From assembly GCA_963701665.1 (NCBI GenBank), contig OY969622.1, positions 416,001 through 480,000 of the forward strand: 64,000 nt of DNA, given 5' to 3'. Below, piece after piece: positions 50,707 to 62,041 of this stretch. The notes beneath the pieces were generated by a model that saw nothing but the letters and a program-made list of their open reading frames with translations, did not search any database and was not told the origin of the DNA. Every line of letters starts with the position of its first letter. Positions within the stretch are counted from its first letter, which is position 1. Origin of the DNA: Candidatus Babeliales bacterium (lineage in GTDB: Bacteria; Babelota; Babeliae; Babelales; JANWKD01). A program made the translations under genes and the position numbers.

Positions 50707-52020
50707 GTGGTACTTTTAAAAAATTTCAAAAATATGTTTATGATACCTGAGCTGAGGAAGAAGCTTTTTTTCACACTCGGTGTATTAATAGTTACCCGCT
50801 TAGGTTGTTATATTCCCGTTATTGGCGTGAATATTCCTCTGTTAGGCGAGTATATGAAGCAAGCAACAAGCTTAGGCGGGTTGCTTAGTTATCTTGATAT
50901 CTTTTCAGGTGGATCTTTAGCGAGTTCCACCTTGTTTGCTTTGGGCATTTCTCCCTACATTACTGCTTCTATTATGATGCAAATGTTAGGTATGACAGTG
51001 CCGTATCTGGAGCAGCTGGTCAAAGAAGGCGACTACGGAAGAAAAATTATCAATCAGTATACGCGCTATCTTACGCTTGGCCTCAGTGTCATGTATAGTT
51101 TTCCTTATGCATTGTACTTAGAAACTCATAATTTAGCGTTAACACCTGGTTGGGGTTTTAGGATTCTTTTTGTTATTTCCTTGACCGTTGGCGCTATGTT
51201 TGTGATGTGGCTGGGTGAGCAAATTTCGCTCTTTGGTATTGGTAACGGTAGTTCTATGATCATTTTCTCGGGTATAGTCTCAAAATTCCCTGAATATATT
51301 ATTAAGACTAAGGCGATGATTGATGCTGGAAGTATTAATATTTTCCAAGCGCTCCTTATTTTAGCAATCTTTCTTGCTATTACCGCGTGCATTGTATTTC
51401 TTGAAAAAGGCGAGCGCAAAATACCAGTTCAATACGCGCGCCGTGTCGTTGGTCAACGAGTGTATGGAGGACAAAGTACCTACATACCGTTCAGAATTAA
51501 CAACGCGAGCATTATGCCGATTATTTTCACTTCTGCTGTTATTAATGCTCCGCTCGCTTTGGTAGGCCTTTTATCCCAGAAAATTGAATTTTTTAAGGGT
51601 TTTGTAGAATGGTTTAGCCAAATGGGCGTTGTTTACAACGCACTTCAATTTATTTTGATCATTTTCTTCTCATTTTTCTATACGGCGTTAATTTTTAACC
51701 CAGAAGAACTTGCGGAGAATATTAAAAAAAGTGGTGGCTTTATCCCAGGTATTCGCCCGGGTAAAAAAACAGCACTTTTTTTCAATTATATTTTAACTCG
51801 TATTGGTTTAGTTGGTGCAATTTATCTTGCATGTTTGGCCCTCGCCCCTAATATTTTGCATGCTTTCATGCGCATGCCATTTAACTTAAGCGGAACCTCG
51901 CTTTTGATTGTGGTGGGTGTTGCCTTAGAAACTTCTGCTCAAATCGAGTCATATTTAATTGAGCATCGGTATGAAGGGTTTTTGACAACAGGACGTTTGA
52001 AAGCTAGGACAGCACGTTGA
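50707..52020 (+). CDS. secY: preprotein translocase subunit SecY
   Basis: LGISPYITASI, GIGNGSS, IPGIRPG, GTSLLIVV. Confidence 0.97.
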   Translation: MVLLKNFKNMFMIPELRKKLFFTLGVLIVTRLGCYIPVIGVNIPLLGEYMKQATSLGGLLSYLDIFSGGSLASSTLFALGISPYITASIMMQMLGMTVPYLEQLVKEGDYGRKIINQYTRYLTLGLSVMYSFPYALYLETHNLALTPGWGFRILFVISLTVGAMFVMWLGEQISLFGIGNGSSMIIFSGIVSKFPEYIIKTKAMIDAGSINIFQALLILAIFLAITACIVFLEKGERKIPVQYARRVVGQRVYGGQSTYIPFRINNASIMPIIFTSAVINAPLALVGLLSQKIEFFKGFVEWFSQMGVVYNALQFILIIFFSFFYTALIFNPEELAENIKKSGGFIPGIRPGKKTALFFNYILTRIGLVGAIYLACLALAPNILHAFMRMPFNLSGTSLLIVVGVALETSAQIESYLIEHRYEGFLTTGRLKARTAR

Positions 52021-52703
52021 AAGAGAAGAAAGTTTTTATTTTTATTGGGCCCCCGGGCGCAGGGAAAGGTTCGCTATCACAATACTGTACGGCCAAATTG
52101 GGTTGGAAACAGCTATCGACAGGTTCGCTCTGTAGGAAAAATATAGACGAGCAGACCGAGATAGGGAAACAAATAGATTTTGCTATAAAATCTGGTAAAC
52201 TTATATCAGATGATTTAATCGTTAGCATGGTTGAAGAATGGTTGATTAATAACAGTTCTCATTTCCAAACGGCTATCTTGGATGGATTTCCAAGAACGGT
52301 TCAACAGGCTGAAGCGTTAAATGTCCTTCTTACGCAAAAAATTAAAAATTGTGATTTAAGGATTATTCGTTTATTCATCTCTGATGATACTATTATACAT
52401 CGCTTATCAGGCCGTTTGATTTGTAGCAATAATAATTGTCAAGCAATTTATTCACTATTACCTTTGTCTGATCATGCTCCTGAGCGTGTGATGACATGCG
52501 ATACGTGTCAAGATAAGTTAATGCGTAGAGCAGATGATGCAATGAATGCAGTTATTGAGCGCCTTAAGATTTATCATACTCATGAACAACAGTTATTGAA
52601 TTACTATCGTGACTACGGTTTTGCTATCAGTGAAGTTAATGTTGAAAAGCCTTTAAAAGATGTTTTTGATGATTTTCAAAATTTATTGCAGATAATGAAA
52701 TAG
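52017..52703 (+). CDS. adk: adenylate kinase (Zn-lid type)
   Basis: GPPGAGKGS, LDGFPRT, Cys-containing lid. Confidence 0.95.
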   Translation: MKEKKVFIFIGPPGAGKGSLSQYCTAKLGWKQLSTGSLCRKNIDEQTEIGKQIDFAIKSGKLISDDLIVSMVEEWLINNSSHFQTAILDGFPRTVQQAEALNVLLTQKIKNCDLRIIRLFISDDTIIHRLSGRLICSNNNCQAIYSLLPLSDHAPERVMTCDTCQDKLMRRADDAMNAVIERLKIYHTHEQQLLNYYRDYGFAISEVNVEKPLKDVFDDFQNLLQIMK

Positions 52704-53470
52704 TGATGATTACCATTAAAAACAAAGAAGCAATTGAAAAAATGAAAACGGCGGGAACTTTGCTTGCTGAGATTATGGATGACATTCAGCCATTAATTAA
52801 GCCAGGTGTTAGTACCTTGTTTTTAGATTCTTGGATTGAAAAAGAGCTTTTAAAGAAAAATCTTGTTTCACAAACAAAAGGATATTGTGGATACAAGCAT
52901 GTGAGCTGCATATCTCTTAATGATGTTGTAGTTCACGGAATACCGAGAGAAGATGTTCTTTTAAAAGAGGGTGATCTTCTTACCATTGACATATGTGCTG
53001 CATGGCAAGGATATTGTGCTGATTTAGCTCGCTGCTTTTTTGTTGGCAGCACGTCTGCTGATTGCAAAAAATTAGTGGACGTTGCTGAAAGTGCCTTAAA
53101 AAAAGGTCTTGAAAAAGCAAAAGTGGGCAATAGGCTTTCGGATATATCTGCTGCCATACAGAATGAAGTTGAAAAACATGGCTATGGCGTTGTGCGTGAT
53201 TTTGCTGGTCATGGTATTGGTCAGCGCATGCATGAAGACCCAGAGATCTTGAATTATGGCAAACCGGGTCAAGGCCCTGTTTTGAAAGCTGGTATGACTT
53301 TTGCTATTGAGCCAATGATAACCATGGGAAAATTTGATGTGTATGTTGCTGCAGATGGTTGGACAGTAAAAACACGAGATAAAAGTTTGGCAGCTCATGT
53401 TGAGGATACTGTTGTGATTACAGAACAAGGTCCTCTTGTATTAACACGCATTAGCCAAGGAGCGCGATGA
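52703..53470 (+). CDS. map: methionine aminopeptidase
   Basis: VVHGIP, GHGIG..MHEDP, AIEPM, AHVEDT. Confidence 0.96.
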   Translation: MMITIKNKEAIEKMKTAGTLLAEIMDDIQPLIKPGVSTLFLDSWIEKELLKKNLVSQTKGYCGYKHVSCISLNDVVVHGIPREDVLLKEGDLLTIDICAAWQGYCADLARCFFVGSTSADCKKLVDVAESALKKGLEKAKVGNRLSDISAAIQNEVEKHGYGVVRDFAGHGIGQRMHEDPEILNYGKPGQGPVLKAGMTFAIEPMITMGKFDVYVAADGWTVKTRDKSLAAHVEDTVVITEQGPLVLTRISQGAR

Positions 53471-53706
53471 GTAATAAAAAAGAAGAAGTGATTAAAATTG
53501 ATGGCATTGTGAAAGAAACATTGCCTAATGCTATGTTTCGTGTGCAGATTGAAGGTGGGCATACGGTTTTAGGGCATGTTTCAGGAAAAATGCGTATGAA
53601 TTATATTCGAATTTTTCCTGGTGATAGAGTTGCACTTGAGCTCTCGCCCTATGATTTGACGCGCGGTCGAATTGTATTGAGATATAAAAATGAAAAAATG
53701 CAGTAA
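53467..53706 (+). CDS. infA: translation initiation factor IF-1
   Basis: [18 protein letters not shown]. Confidence 0.97.
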   Translation: MSNKKEEVIKIDGIVKETLPNAMFRVQIEGGHTVLGHVSGKMRMNYIRIFPGDRVALELSPYDLTRGRIVLRYKNEKMQ

Positions 53707-53733
53707 AAAAAATTAATGTGTATTGGGGAAACA

Positions 53734-53850
53734 ATGAAAGTTAGAACATCGGTAAAGAAAATTTGTGAAAATTGTCGAGTTGTTAAACGTGCTGGTGTAG
53801 TTCGCATAATTTGTGATAGAAATCCACGACATAAGCAACGTCAAGGATAA
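53734..53850 (+). CDS. rpmJ: 50S ribosomal protein L36 (not in ORF track)
   Basis: translates [38 protein letters not shown]. Confidence 0.96.
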   Translation: MKVRTSVKKICENCRVVKRAGVVRIICDRNPRHKQRQG

Positions 53851-53879
53851 ATTTTTGGTGAAATGAACAAGGATTTTTT

Positions 53880-54269
53880 ATGGCAAGAATCGAAGGTGTA
53901 AATCTTCCAGGCAGTAAAAGAGTTGAATACGGCTTAACCTATATTTTTGGTATTGGTCTTAAATCCGCACAGGATATTCTTTCAAGATTAAAGATCAACT
54001 TTGATAAACGCGTTAAAGATTTAAGCGATGAAGAAGTTGCTTCTATACAGAAAGAAATTACCGCTCATTATGATGTTGAAGGTAAGTTACGTATGGAAAT
54101 CAGAAATAACATCAAAAGATTGCAGGAAATAGGGGCTTACCGAGGCTTGAGGCATAAAAAAGGACTTCCTGTTCGAGGGCAAAGAACCAAAACGAACGCT
54201 CGTACTCGTAAGGGTCCAAGAAAAGCGGGTGGTGCAGTTGCTCTAAAACGTAAAGTAACTAAAAAATAA
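53880..54269 (+). CDS. rpsM: 30S ribosomal protein S13
   Basis: [17 protein letters not shown]. Confidence 0.98.
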   Translation: MARIEGVNLPGSKRVEYGLTYIFGIGLKSAQDILSRLKINFDKRVKDLSDEEVASIQKEITAHYDVEGKLRMEIRNNIKRLQEIGAYRGLRHKKGLPVRGQRTKTNARTRKGPRKAGGAVALKRKVTKK

Positions 54270-54302
54270 CAATATTACTGCGGTGTTGAGGATATTTAAA
54301 GA

Positions 54303-54686
54303 ATGGCTTATAAGAAAAAAACCAAAAAAACTAAAAGACATATTGATTCAGTGGTGGCCCACGTTAAATCATCATTTAACAATACCATTGTTTCAATAAC
54401 CACAGAAAGTGGTGATGTTTTGCTAACTGGTAGCGCAGGACGTGAAAATTTTAAGGGTGCCCGTAAAGGTACACCTTTTGCAGCGACGCAGGTCGGCTTG
54501 AAATTAGCAAAAGAAATCTCAGCATTTGGTGCTAGGAATGTTGAAGTTAATTTGCAAGGGCCTGGTTCAGGAAGAGATGCTGTCGTGCGAGCGTTGCAAT
54601 CATCCGGGCTCAATATTACCATATTGCGTGATGTAACTCCGTTACCATTCAATGGGTGTCGTGCACCAAAAAAACGTAGAGTATAA
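54303..54686 (+). CDS. rpsK: 30S ribosomal protein S11
   Basis: [25 protein letters not shown]. Confidence 0.97.
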   Translation: MAYKKKTKKTKRHIDSVVAHVKSSFNNTIVSITTESGDVLLTGSAGRENFKGARKGTPFAATQVGLKLAKEISAFGARNVEVNLQGPGSGRDAVVRALQSSGLNITILRDVTPLPFNGCRAPKKRRV

Positions 54687-54718
54687 CGTATAATTTTTTT
54701 GTAGGATTTAAGATTGAT

Positions 54719-55279
54719 ATGAAAAAAAAGTCTACTCCAGTTGGATCTTCTCAAGAGCAAAAAACTGCTGCTCCAAAGCGTATGAAGAAATTGTCAGAAT
54801 ATGGAAAGCAGCTTGAAGAAAAACAAAAAGTAAAAAGTATGTATGGCATGCTTGAAAGGCAATTCAAGAGATTTTTTAAATTAGCAGCAAAGAGTCAGGA
54901 AGCAGCTGGTGAGCGTTTATTGAGCTTATTGGAGAGAAGACTTGATAATACGGTATACCGACTTAAACTTGCATCTACTCGTGCACAAGCTCGACAAATT
55001 ATTGTGCATGGTCACATTTTAGTAAATGGACACAAGGTATATTCTCCTTCATATCTCGTCTCTGTTGATGAAGAAATTTCTTTAGCACCTAATGTTACGC
55101 AAAAAATAGAATTTTTGGAGAGAGTAATTGATAAACGGCTCAATATTGGTGTTAAGGTGCCAGAGTGGTTAGAGTTAAACAAAAAAGATCGAAAAGGTCG
55201 TGTTTTACGTCTACCAGTTCGTTCTGATATCCAAGTGCCAATTGAAGAGCATTTAATTGTTGAGTTATATTCCAAATAA
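54719..55279 (+). CDS. rpsD: 30S ribosomal protein S4 (short N-terminus)
   Basis: [27 protein letters not shown]. Confidence 0.96.
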   Translation: MKKKSTPVGSSQEQKTAAPKRMKKLSEYGKQLEEKQKVKSMYGMLERQFKRFFKLAAKSQEAAGERLLSLLERRLDNTVYRLKLASTRAQARQIIVHGHILVNGHKVYSPSYLVSVDEEISLAPNVTQKIEFLERVIDKRLNIGVKVPEWLELNKKDRKGRVLRLPVRSDIQVPIEEHLIVELYSK

Positions 55280-55339
55280 CGCAAGATAATTCTTGCACGT
55301 CGCTCAAGATTTCGTTGAGTCGACTTTTCAGGAGAACAT

Positions 55340-56393
55340 ATGGATAAGAAGGAGTATAAACCTTTAACAATTCCACTGCTTGGTTGGAATAAGAAAACCC
55401 TAAGTGAAACGTTCGGTGAACTTGTTGCGCAACCATTAGAGCCTGGTTTTGGAATCACATTAGGTAATGCATTACGTAGAGTTTTGCTAGGGGGAGTAGA
55501 AGGTTCTGCCGTTACATCCGTCATTATAAAAGGCGTGAATAACGAATTTTCATCATTGCCAGGTGTTATAGAAGATGCTATGCAAGTAATCCTTAATATT
55601 AAGGAAATAGTTGTACGTAATAAAGCATGGAAAACCTGGTAAAATGCAGCTTACCGTTAAGGGTGAATCAGTTGGTCGTGTTTCAGATATTGTGGCTGAT
55701 GATCACTTAGAACTTATTAACAAGGATCATGTTATTGCGCATGTTGCTCCTAACGGCGTTCTTGAAATAGAATTTTTTGTTGAGCCTGGTCGCGGGTATC
55801 AACCTGCTCAATGGCCTGCTGGCAAACAATTGCAAGATGATGGACGCATTTATCTTGACTCTATGTTTTCTCCTGTTCGTAAAGTTACTTTTGATGTTGA
55901 AAAGACGCGTGTTGGCCGAGATATTGATTACGATAAATTAATTATCCGTATTGATACGGATGGTGCAGAGTCACCCCAAGAAGTCTTACACTATGCAGTT
56001 TCTGTATTGCGTACACAATTGGAACATTTTTTGTTGAATCCAGAAATTCCTTTTAATGATATTTCATCAGTACCTGAAGATGCTGCTAAGTATATTCAGC
56101 CAAAAGGCTCAACAGAGCAAGGGCTTAAAGGTATCCCTGTTGATTTGTTATTAAAGCCAATTAATGAATTAGAATTATCGGTTCGCGCTCACAACTGTTT
56201 GATTAATGCAGGCATTAAGCGAGTTGTTGATCTGGTTAATTATTCTGAAGATGAGGCACTAAAAATTAAGAATTTTGGTCGTAAATCATTAGATGAAGTT
56301 AAAGAAAGCCTTAAAGCATTCGGTCTTTCGTTCGGCATGAACATCAAAGAATCTGATTTGAAAAAATTAGCAAAAATTGCTGATGAAGAATAA
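55340..56393 (+). CDS. rpoA: RNA polymerase alpha subunit (one frameshift near 55625)
   Basis: [37 protein letters not shown]. Confidence 0.95.
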
Positions 56394-56416
56394 TGAATAA
56401 CAAAAGGTAAGAACTC

Positions 56417-56773
56417 ATGAATCATCAAAGTGGTAGAAAAAAATTAAATTTAAAAGGTCCTCATCGTCGAGCGATGTTACGTAATCAAGTTATTCATCTG
56501 ATTACTTACGGGCATTTGGTTACTACAAAAGCAAATGCAAAAGAAGTAAAGAAATTAGCCGAAAAAGTTGTTACCATTGCGCGTGCTGGAAATTCATTCA
56601 ACTCGTTCAGACGTGTTAACGCGTTGCTTCCTTATAAAAAAGAAGCAGTTAACAAACTTTTTAAAGAAATTGCGCCAACGTACGCAAATCGTCCCGGCGG
56701 ATACACTCGCCTTATTTCGCTTGGTAAACGCGTCAGTGATACAGCACCGATTGCAAAATTGGAATGGGTATAA
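56417..56773 (+). CDS. rplQ: 50S ribosomal protein L17
   Basis: HRRAMLRN, RPGGYTR. Confidence 0.97.
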   Translation: MNHQSGRKKLNLKGPHRRAMLRNQVIHLITYGHLVTTKANAKEVKKLAEKVVTIARAGNSFNSFRRVNALLPYKKEAVNKLFKEIAPTYANRPGGYTRLISLGKRVSDTAPIAKLEWV

Positions 56774-56997
56774 CGTTAGCTGAACAAATTAAGCAAGCAT
56801 TATATGCATTACGGCCAGCTCTTGAAAAAGATGGCGGTGATCTTGAGTTTGTATCATTTGATGGACAAACAGTGTTTATAAAATTAAAGGGTACCTGTAC
56901 CAGGTGCCCTTTTTCATTTATTACCGTTCAGTTAGGTCTTTTTGAGGCGCTCAAACAACAGTTCTCCATGATTCAATCTATTGAAGTTCTGGAATAA
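56764..56997 (+). CDS. NifU/NfuA C-terminal-like Fe-S protein
   Basis: LRPALEKDGGDLE..GTCTRCP. Confidence 0.88.
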   Translation: MGITLAEQIKQALYALRPALEKDGGDLEFVSFDGQTVFIKLKGTCTRCPFSFITVQLGLFEALKQQFSMIQSIEVLE

Positions 56998-57036
56998 TCA
57001 TTAGTTTTAAAGAATTTTTAAAAATATAGAGAAGTT

Positions 57037-57456
57037 ATGAGCAATAAGAATATTAGAGTCGGATGTGAAATTTTTTTGATAAAAGATGGCGCTCTTTTAT
57101 TAGGAAAAAGAAAGAATTGTTATGGAGAAGGAACGTGGGCGTTACCCGGTGGTCATTTAGAACAAGGGGAATTAATAAGTGATTGTGTAAGAAGAGAATT
57201 AAAAGAAGAATTAGGAATTGAAGCCTTAGAGTTTAATCTCATTAGCGTTGCTGAAAATATCGGTGACCATGGTCATTATATACATTTGTCTTTTTTGCTC
57301 AAAAGATTTTTGGGTGATATCAAAAACATGGAGCCTGACCGCTGTTACGAGTGAAAATTTTTTGCTCTATCAAATTTGCCGGAAGAATTATTCAGTCCTC
57401 ATAGAAACATTCTCAAAAATTACTCTGAAAATGTTTTGTATTTAGAAAGAAAATAA
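57037..57456 (+). pseudogene. Nudix hydrolase with in-frame TGA at 57352
   Basis: Nudix box GGHLEQGE..RRELKEELG; frame continues KFFALSNLPEELFSPH..ERK* after TGA. Confidence 0.75.
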
Positions 57457-57473
57457 TTTTTCCTTATAGGAAA

Positions 57474-60188
57474 TCATCCCTGTTCCATAACTTGCACCGT
57501 GCTACCCTGTGCGCCTTTCTCAATCATAAAATGTACCGGAAATTGATCTTTCATGGTAGGTAAGTGTGACACGATAATAATTTTGCAAAAATTATTTTGG
57601 ATTTTATGAAGCGCGTCCATGATGTAAGACAGTCCTTCTTCATCTTGCGAGCCAAATCCCTCGTCAATGATGAGCGTTTGCAGCGAAGTTCCCGCGCGTC
57701 TTGCCAATAATTTTGAAATGGCAATGCGCAGTGCAAAATCAATTCTGAAAGCCTCGCCTCCAGAAAAAAGCTCGTAAGGCCTGATGCCTTGCGCGTCTGA
57801 AATTTTGATGTCGAGCGTTTCCTTCGTTCCGCCTTTTTGTAAATCGCGCAACGATTCAATCATAATGTGCGATTGATTGTTGGTGAGCTGCCCCAGCAAT
57901 TCGTTTGCTTCCTGCTCAATTTCTGGCAATGCTTCTTCAATTAACAACGCTTGAATGCCATCTTTTCCTAATGTTGTTGCAAGAAGCTGGTAATCATCAA
58001 TTTCTTCTTGTAACACGCGCAGTTCATGTTCTTGTAGCACGCGTTTTTTTTCAAGCAACTCGAGCGTCGCCTGCTCTTGCTCGAGTTTTCCTTTATCAAC
58101 GAGCGTTTTCTCTTTGAGCGTTTGAAGCTCCCTCGTTTCATGGTCAAGAACGCGCGCATCATGATCAATGGCATCTTGTTCTTGTTCTAGATCATTAAAA
58201 AGAAGCATATCACGATCTAATTTTTGCAATGCTTTTTTAAGCTCCTTGAGCGTTTTGCACAGTGCATGTACATCATCTTTTCTTTTTTGTTGTTGTGCAA
58301 TCTCTTGCAAGAAATGTGCCATCTCTTGTTTCTGACGCTCGATATCCTGAAGCGCGTGCACTATTTTTTGATGATTTTCTTGATGATACAATGAATTTTT
58401 TACCTGCTCATGAGCGCGTGCAAGTTGCTCGATCAAAGCTGTGTAGCGTTCGTTTGCAGTGAGGTAGAGATGCTCGCTTTTTTGATGCGCGTGCAGTTCT
58501 TCTTGAAGCATGCGTATATCATGTTCACGCGTTTCAACTTCTTTTTTGAGGATCACAAGCGCGTGCTCAATCTGTTGTTGCTGGGCGCTTGCTTCGTGCT
58601 CGTTTTTTTTCAGTTCTTCTACGTGCGCATTGAATTGTGAACGGAGAAGATTTTTATTTTTTGCGTCTTCAAGCAACGCATGTTGTTCAAGCAATAGTTG
58701 CTTTAATGACTTTGTGCAGGAGCTTAAACGCGCTAAACGATTCTTGTAAAATTTTTCTTCAAGAAGATATTTAGTTTTTAAAAATTTTTTGCGCGAGGCT
58801 GATAAATTTTGTTCACATAATGGGCAGCTTGTTGTGGTGTCGTCATGCTGCAAATGCATTTTTTGTTGAATGTTTAAAAGCTCTTTGGCAATCATATTGC
58901 CTTGCGCGCTCCATTGATGATAGATCGTTTTTCTTTTTTCAAACTGTTTTTCTTGTGCACTCGTATCATGCTCTCCGAGCGCGTGCAGTTCTTTTTCAAG
59001 CGCGCGCATCTTGTCTTGTGCGCGTGCACGAGCTTCATGAAATGCAGTAATTTGGGAGTGCAAAGCTTTTTCTTCTGCTTTTTTTGCAGCACCTTGTGCT
59101 TGATGCATAAAGAGTTTTGTTTGCACGTCATTCATTTTTTGCCTGAACTCATGATCGTGCGTATTTTTGATGAGCTGCTGCTCTTCCTGTATGCGCAAAA
59201 TATCAGCTTTCAACTCAAGATTTTTTTGGAACTGTTGTTGAAAAAGAGAATTTTTTTCTAACAGCTCTTTGTGCTGCCTTTCAAGTGCTGCAGTATCAGG
59301 AAGCGATCGCTGCTGCCGATGAATATTTTTCCACGCATGATAGGTGCTCAAGAGCTTCTTGTGCAATTCTTGCTGCTCATGGCTGATTTGGTGGTGCTGT
59401 TGTATGAGTAGTTTTTTTTGTTCTTGTCTTTGTGCGCATCGTCGTTTGCGTGTTTCAAGCTCTTGATGCTGCGCATGCATCTTTTTTTCTTTGAGCGTAA
59501 GCTGTGCAAAGATATCGACAATGGCGGCAATATTATTTTTTAATGCATCCTTTTTTTCTAACTCTTGCTGAATAGTATGATGGAATGCTTGGAGTTGTTG
59601 AAGTTTATAGGCTGCTTCTTTCGTTTTATCCAACGCAAGTTTTTTCATGACCTCGTAATGCTTGAGCCCTAAAATCGTACTCAAAATTTCCTTGCGATCT
59701 TTTGGCGATTTTTTTGAAAACTCGTTGGATTGTCCTTGGCGTAGAAAGGCTGTATTTATAAATGAGTCAAAATCAAGGCCGAGGGTGGTTTCGATCGTGG
59801 TTTGCGTTTCTCGAATCGTTTTGCCCGTTAAAGCCGTTGATTGATGTCCTGTATCATCAAGTATCCCAAAATCGAGGGCGGCATAGGGTTTCCCGTACGT
59901 TTTTGCAAACTCGCGCCTGATGCGATACACATTGCCATTAAACATGAAATCCAAAATTACCATCATCTGTGTTTGCCCGAGGCGCAGTAGATGATTATCG
60001 GCTTTGGCAACGCCTGAAATTTTACGTGCTTGTCCCCAAATTGCCCACGTAATGGCATCCAAAAGAGCTGATTTGCCATGACCGTTTTTCCCGCTTAGGC
60101 ATATAAGAGGATAGGGACCAAAATCGATGGTTTGGAGCGTGGGGCCATAGCTGAGGAAATTTTTGAGTTGTATTTTTAAGGGGATCAT
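57474..60188 (-). CDS. sbcC: SbcC/Rad50-like SMC ATPase
   Basis: GKNGHGKS, CPLC zinc hook, FSGGE, LIIDEGFGSQD. Confidence 0.92.
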   Translation of the reverse strand: MIPLKIQLKNFLSYGPTLQTIDFGPYPLICLSGKNGHGKSALLDAITWAIWGQARKISGVAKADNHLLRLGQTQMMVILDFMFNGNVYRIRREFAKTYGKPYAALDFGILDDTGHQSTALTGKTIRETQTTIETTLGLDFDSFINTAFLRQGQSNEFSKKSPKDRKEILSTILGLKHYEVMKKLALDKTKEAAYKLQQLQAFHHTIQQELEKKDALKNNIAAIVDIFAQLTLKEKKMHAQHQELETRKRRCAQRQEQKKLLIQQHHQISHEQQELHKKLLSTYHAWKNIHRQQRSLPDTAALERQHKELLEKNSLFQQQFQKNLELKADILRIQEEQQLIKNTHDHEFRQKMNDVQTKLFMHQAQGAAKKAEEKALHSQITAFHEARARAQDKMRALEKELHALGEHDTSAQEKQFEKRKTIYHQWSAQGNMIAKELLNIQQKMHLQHDDTTTSCPLCEQNLSASRKKFLKTKYLLEEKFYKNRLARLSSCTKSLKQLLLEQHALLEDAKNKNLLRSQFNAHVEELKKNEHEASAQQQQIEHALVILKKEVETREHDIRMLQEELHAHQKSEHLYLTANERYTALIEQLARAHEQVKNSLYHQENHQKIVHALQDIERQKQEMAHFLQEIAQQQKRKDDVHALCKTLKELKKALQKLDRDMLLFNDLEQEQDAIDHDARVLDHETRELQTLKEKTLVDKGKLEQEQATLELLEKKRVLQEHELRVLQEEIDDYQLLATTLGKDGIQALLIEEALPEIEQEANELLGQLTNNQSHIMIESLRDLQKGGTKETLDIKISDAQGIRPYELFSGGEAFRIDFALRIAISKLLARRAGTSLQTLIIDEGFGSQDEEGLSYIMDALHKIQNNFCKIIIVSHLPTMKDQFPVHFMIEKGAQGSTVQVMEQG

Positions 60189-60333
60189 GGTACGTTTTAT
60201 TAAATTTTTTAAAAAAATTCGAGGAACGTTTTATTTTACCACGCAGAGTAAGAGCCTACAAGGTATATAAAATAAACCTTTGGTTGCATTTTTTGCCAAA
60301 AAACAGTAAGTTAAAAACATTAAAACAAAGTAT

Positions 60334-60410
60334 GGTGAGTGTAGCTCAGCTGGTAGAGCATCAGGTTGTGGCTCTGAGGGTCGTGGGTTCGATCCCCACC
60401 ACTCACCCCA
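60334..60410 (+). tRNA. tRNA-His(GTG)
   Basis: cloverleaf with G-1, anticodon loop TTGTGGC, GTTCGAT, encoded CCA. Confidence 0.95.
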
Positions 60411-60476
60411 GTCATTTCCTTCGGAAATGCCTGGCAGGCCATCATACTTCGGTAGTATGGACGTGTCTTCGCTTAT

Positions 60477-60734
60477 TTGGAGTTCTTTGTGGTCATTATA
60501 GATGGAAATTATTTCTTAGGTAGCCTCTTCATCTTATTAGGAGGTGCGCTTCTTCTAAAAGAAATATTTAAATGGGATATACCGATTTTTAAAATCGCGA
60601 TCAGTATCTTTTTAATCTATTGGGGTTTGACATTACTGTTTCACATCGATACTTCGTTTGAAAAGAAAAGTGACCGTAAGAATCGTCATGTAAAAATTAA
60701 TTTTCAGTATCCGAAAAATGATTCTGAAGAGTAA
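60477..60734 (+). CDS. small membrane protein (start uncertain)
   Basis: two hydrophobic helices. Confidence 0.5.
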   Translation: MEFFVVIIDGNYFLGSLFILLGGALLLKEIFKWDIPIFKIAISIFLIYWGLTLLFHIDTSFEKKSDRKNRHVKINFQYPKNDSEE

Positions 60735-60822
60735 GCTTTCATAAGCACTATAACCTCAAAAAGTAGTTGCTTTTATTGATAAAAATCGTTACATTAACTT
60801 GTACAAAAATTGATTTATCTGT

Positions 60823-60898
60823 CGGGGCGTAGCGCAATTGGTAGCGCACTCGCTTTGGGAGCGAGGGGTTGCCAGTTCGAGTCTGGCCGCCCCGACCA
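60823..60898 (+). tRNA. tRNA-Pro(TGG)
   Basis: CGGGGCG acceptor stem, CTCGC-TTTGGGA-GCGAG anticodon arm, CCA. Confidence 0.95.
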
Positions 60899-61038
60899 TT
60901 CTGTATAGACTAAATCTGGAGTCAATAATGAAAAAGACCGAACTATTGCGTTCAACAGGGCTTTTTTTGTAAACTTATACTATAGTAAATAATACTTTTC
61001 CGGTGGCTATCTTTTCCCCTCTCATTTGAAAGTTGTAT

Positions 61039-61941
61039 ATGAACAGGTTTATTGTATTTATACTTTTTTTTAACGTCTTCATAAATCTGGCTCACATTAA
61101 AGAAATAGTGATTTTGGAGCCTTCTACCAGCCCATTTTCAAAAATGGTTGAAAAACATGTAGCTCATCTTGCTACAAATTATTTTCAGCAGGTTTCATCA
61201 CATGATATTCAGGTTTTGGTGAATGCGCTATTGGCTTCGTATCAGTATGCTAAAGCTGATTTGAAATACGATACGTTAGTTTCTAAAATTCTGGTAAATC
61301 TTTGGAAGCTTAAAACCGACCATAATAAAGAAGAAGCTATAACCAAATTTATTACTCTCTCAAAAAAGTTTATTCGAATCAATGAACAAAAAACATTAGC
61401 TGCTGCAGTGTGGCATGGAGTAACGGAATATCTTGATGCTCCAGAACAAGAAAATGCAGCGTATATTTTTGCCCAAATAGCGGAAGAAAGAATAAAAATT
61501 GTCCAAGAATATTTGGACAATAATAAAGAATTATTTTTTCAATCATGTATGCAGGCGCAAGAATACAATCAAAAAGCCGCACAAAGAATTCATAGCATTG
61601 CAAATGTTTTTAAAGCGGTATGTGAAATGCCTTTTGATGGATCGCCAGAAGAATATTCTTTAGCCGCATTAAATGCTGCATATAAGATGGCTCTTATGTT
61701 AGAAGAAGAGCAGCCAAAGCTTATGAATGCTTTAAAGCCTATTTTACACCATATAGAAGATGTTATCTTAATGAATATCATGCTTGATAGCTTATACTAT
61801 GCAGAATGCTATAGTTTTTTGAAGAAACAACATAATGGTGAAGATACTATGATACTTTTTGATTATGATGGTTTTATACCGGAAGATAAAAGAGCTGATC
61901 ATCTTCCCTATGTTGTTTATTGTAACGAAGGGTTACATTAA
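61039..61941 (+). CDS. hypothetical exported alpha-helical protein
   Basis: long ORF with N-terminal hydrophobic signal. Confidence 0.6.
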   Translation: MNRFIVFILFFNVFINLAHIKEIVILEPSTSPFSKMVEKHVAHLATNYFQQVSSHDIQVLVNALLASYQYAKADLKYDTLVSKILVNLWKLKTDHNKEEAITKFITLSKKFIRINEQKTLAAAVWHGVTEYLDAPEQENAAYIFAQIAEERIKIVQEYLDNNKELFFQSCMQAQEYNQKAAQRIHSIANVFKAVCEMPFDGSPEEYSLAALNAAYKMALMLEEEQPKLMNALKPILHHIEDVILMNIMLDSLYYAECYSFLKKQHNGEDTMILFDYDGFIPEDKRADHLPYVVYCNEGLH

Positions 61942-62041
61942 AAATTCGAAAAATTATTGGCATAAGCCGCATGGAGCGGCTTAACACCAAGTACCAAATG
62001 AAACCTCCATGTTCCCCTTGGATTTTATTTACTTTGTAAAT

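Noticed and set aside
57352..57354. Genome-wide UGA recoding (genetic code 4 or 25)
   Set aside because: TGA ends conserved genes at expected positions (secY, rplX, map) and Trp is encoded by TGG elsewhere.
57551..59844. Many short alternative-frame ORFs inside sbcC
   Set aside because: They are shadow ORFs of a long coiled-coil gene with no recognisable motifs.
60284..60523. 79-aa ORF
   Set aside because: It overlaps tRNA-His and is spurious.
60334..60898. tRNA-anchored integrated island
   Set aside because: No integrase and no duplicated tRNA 3' end were seen in the window.
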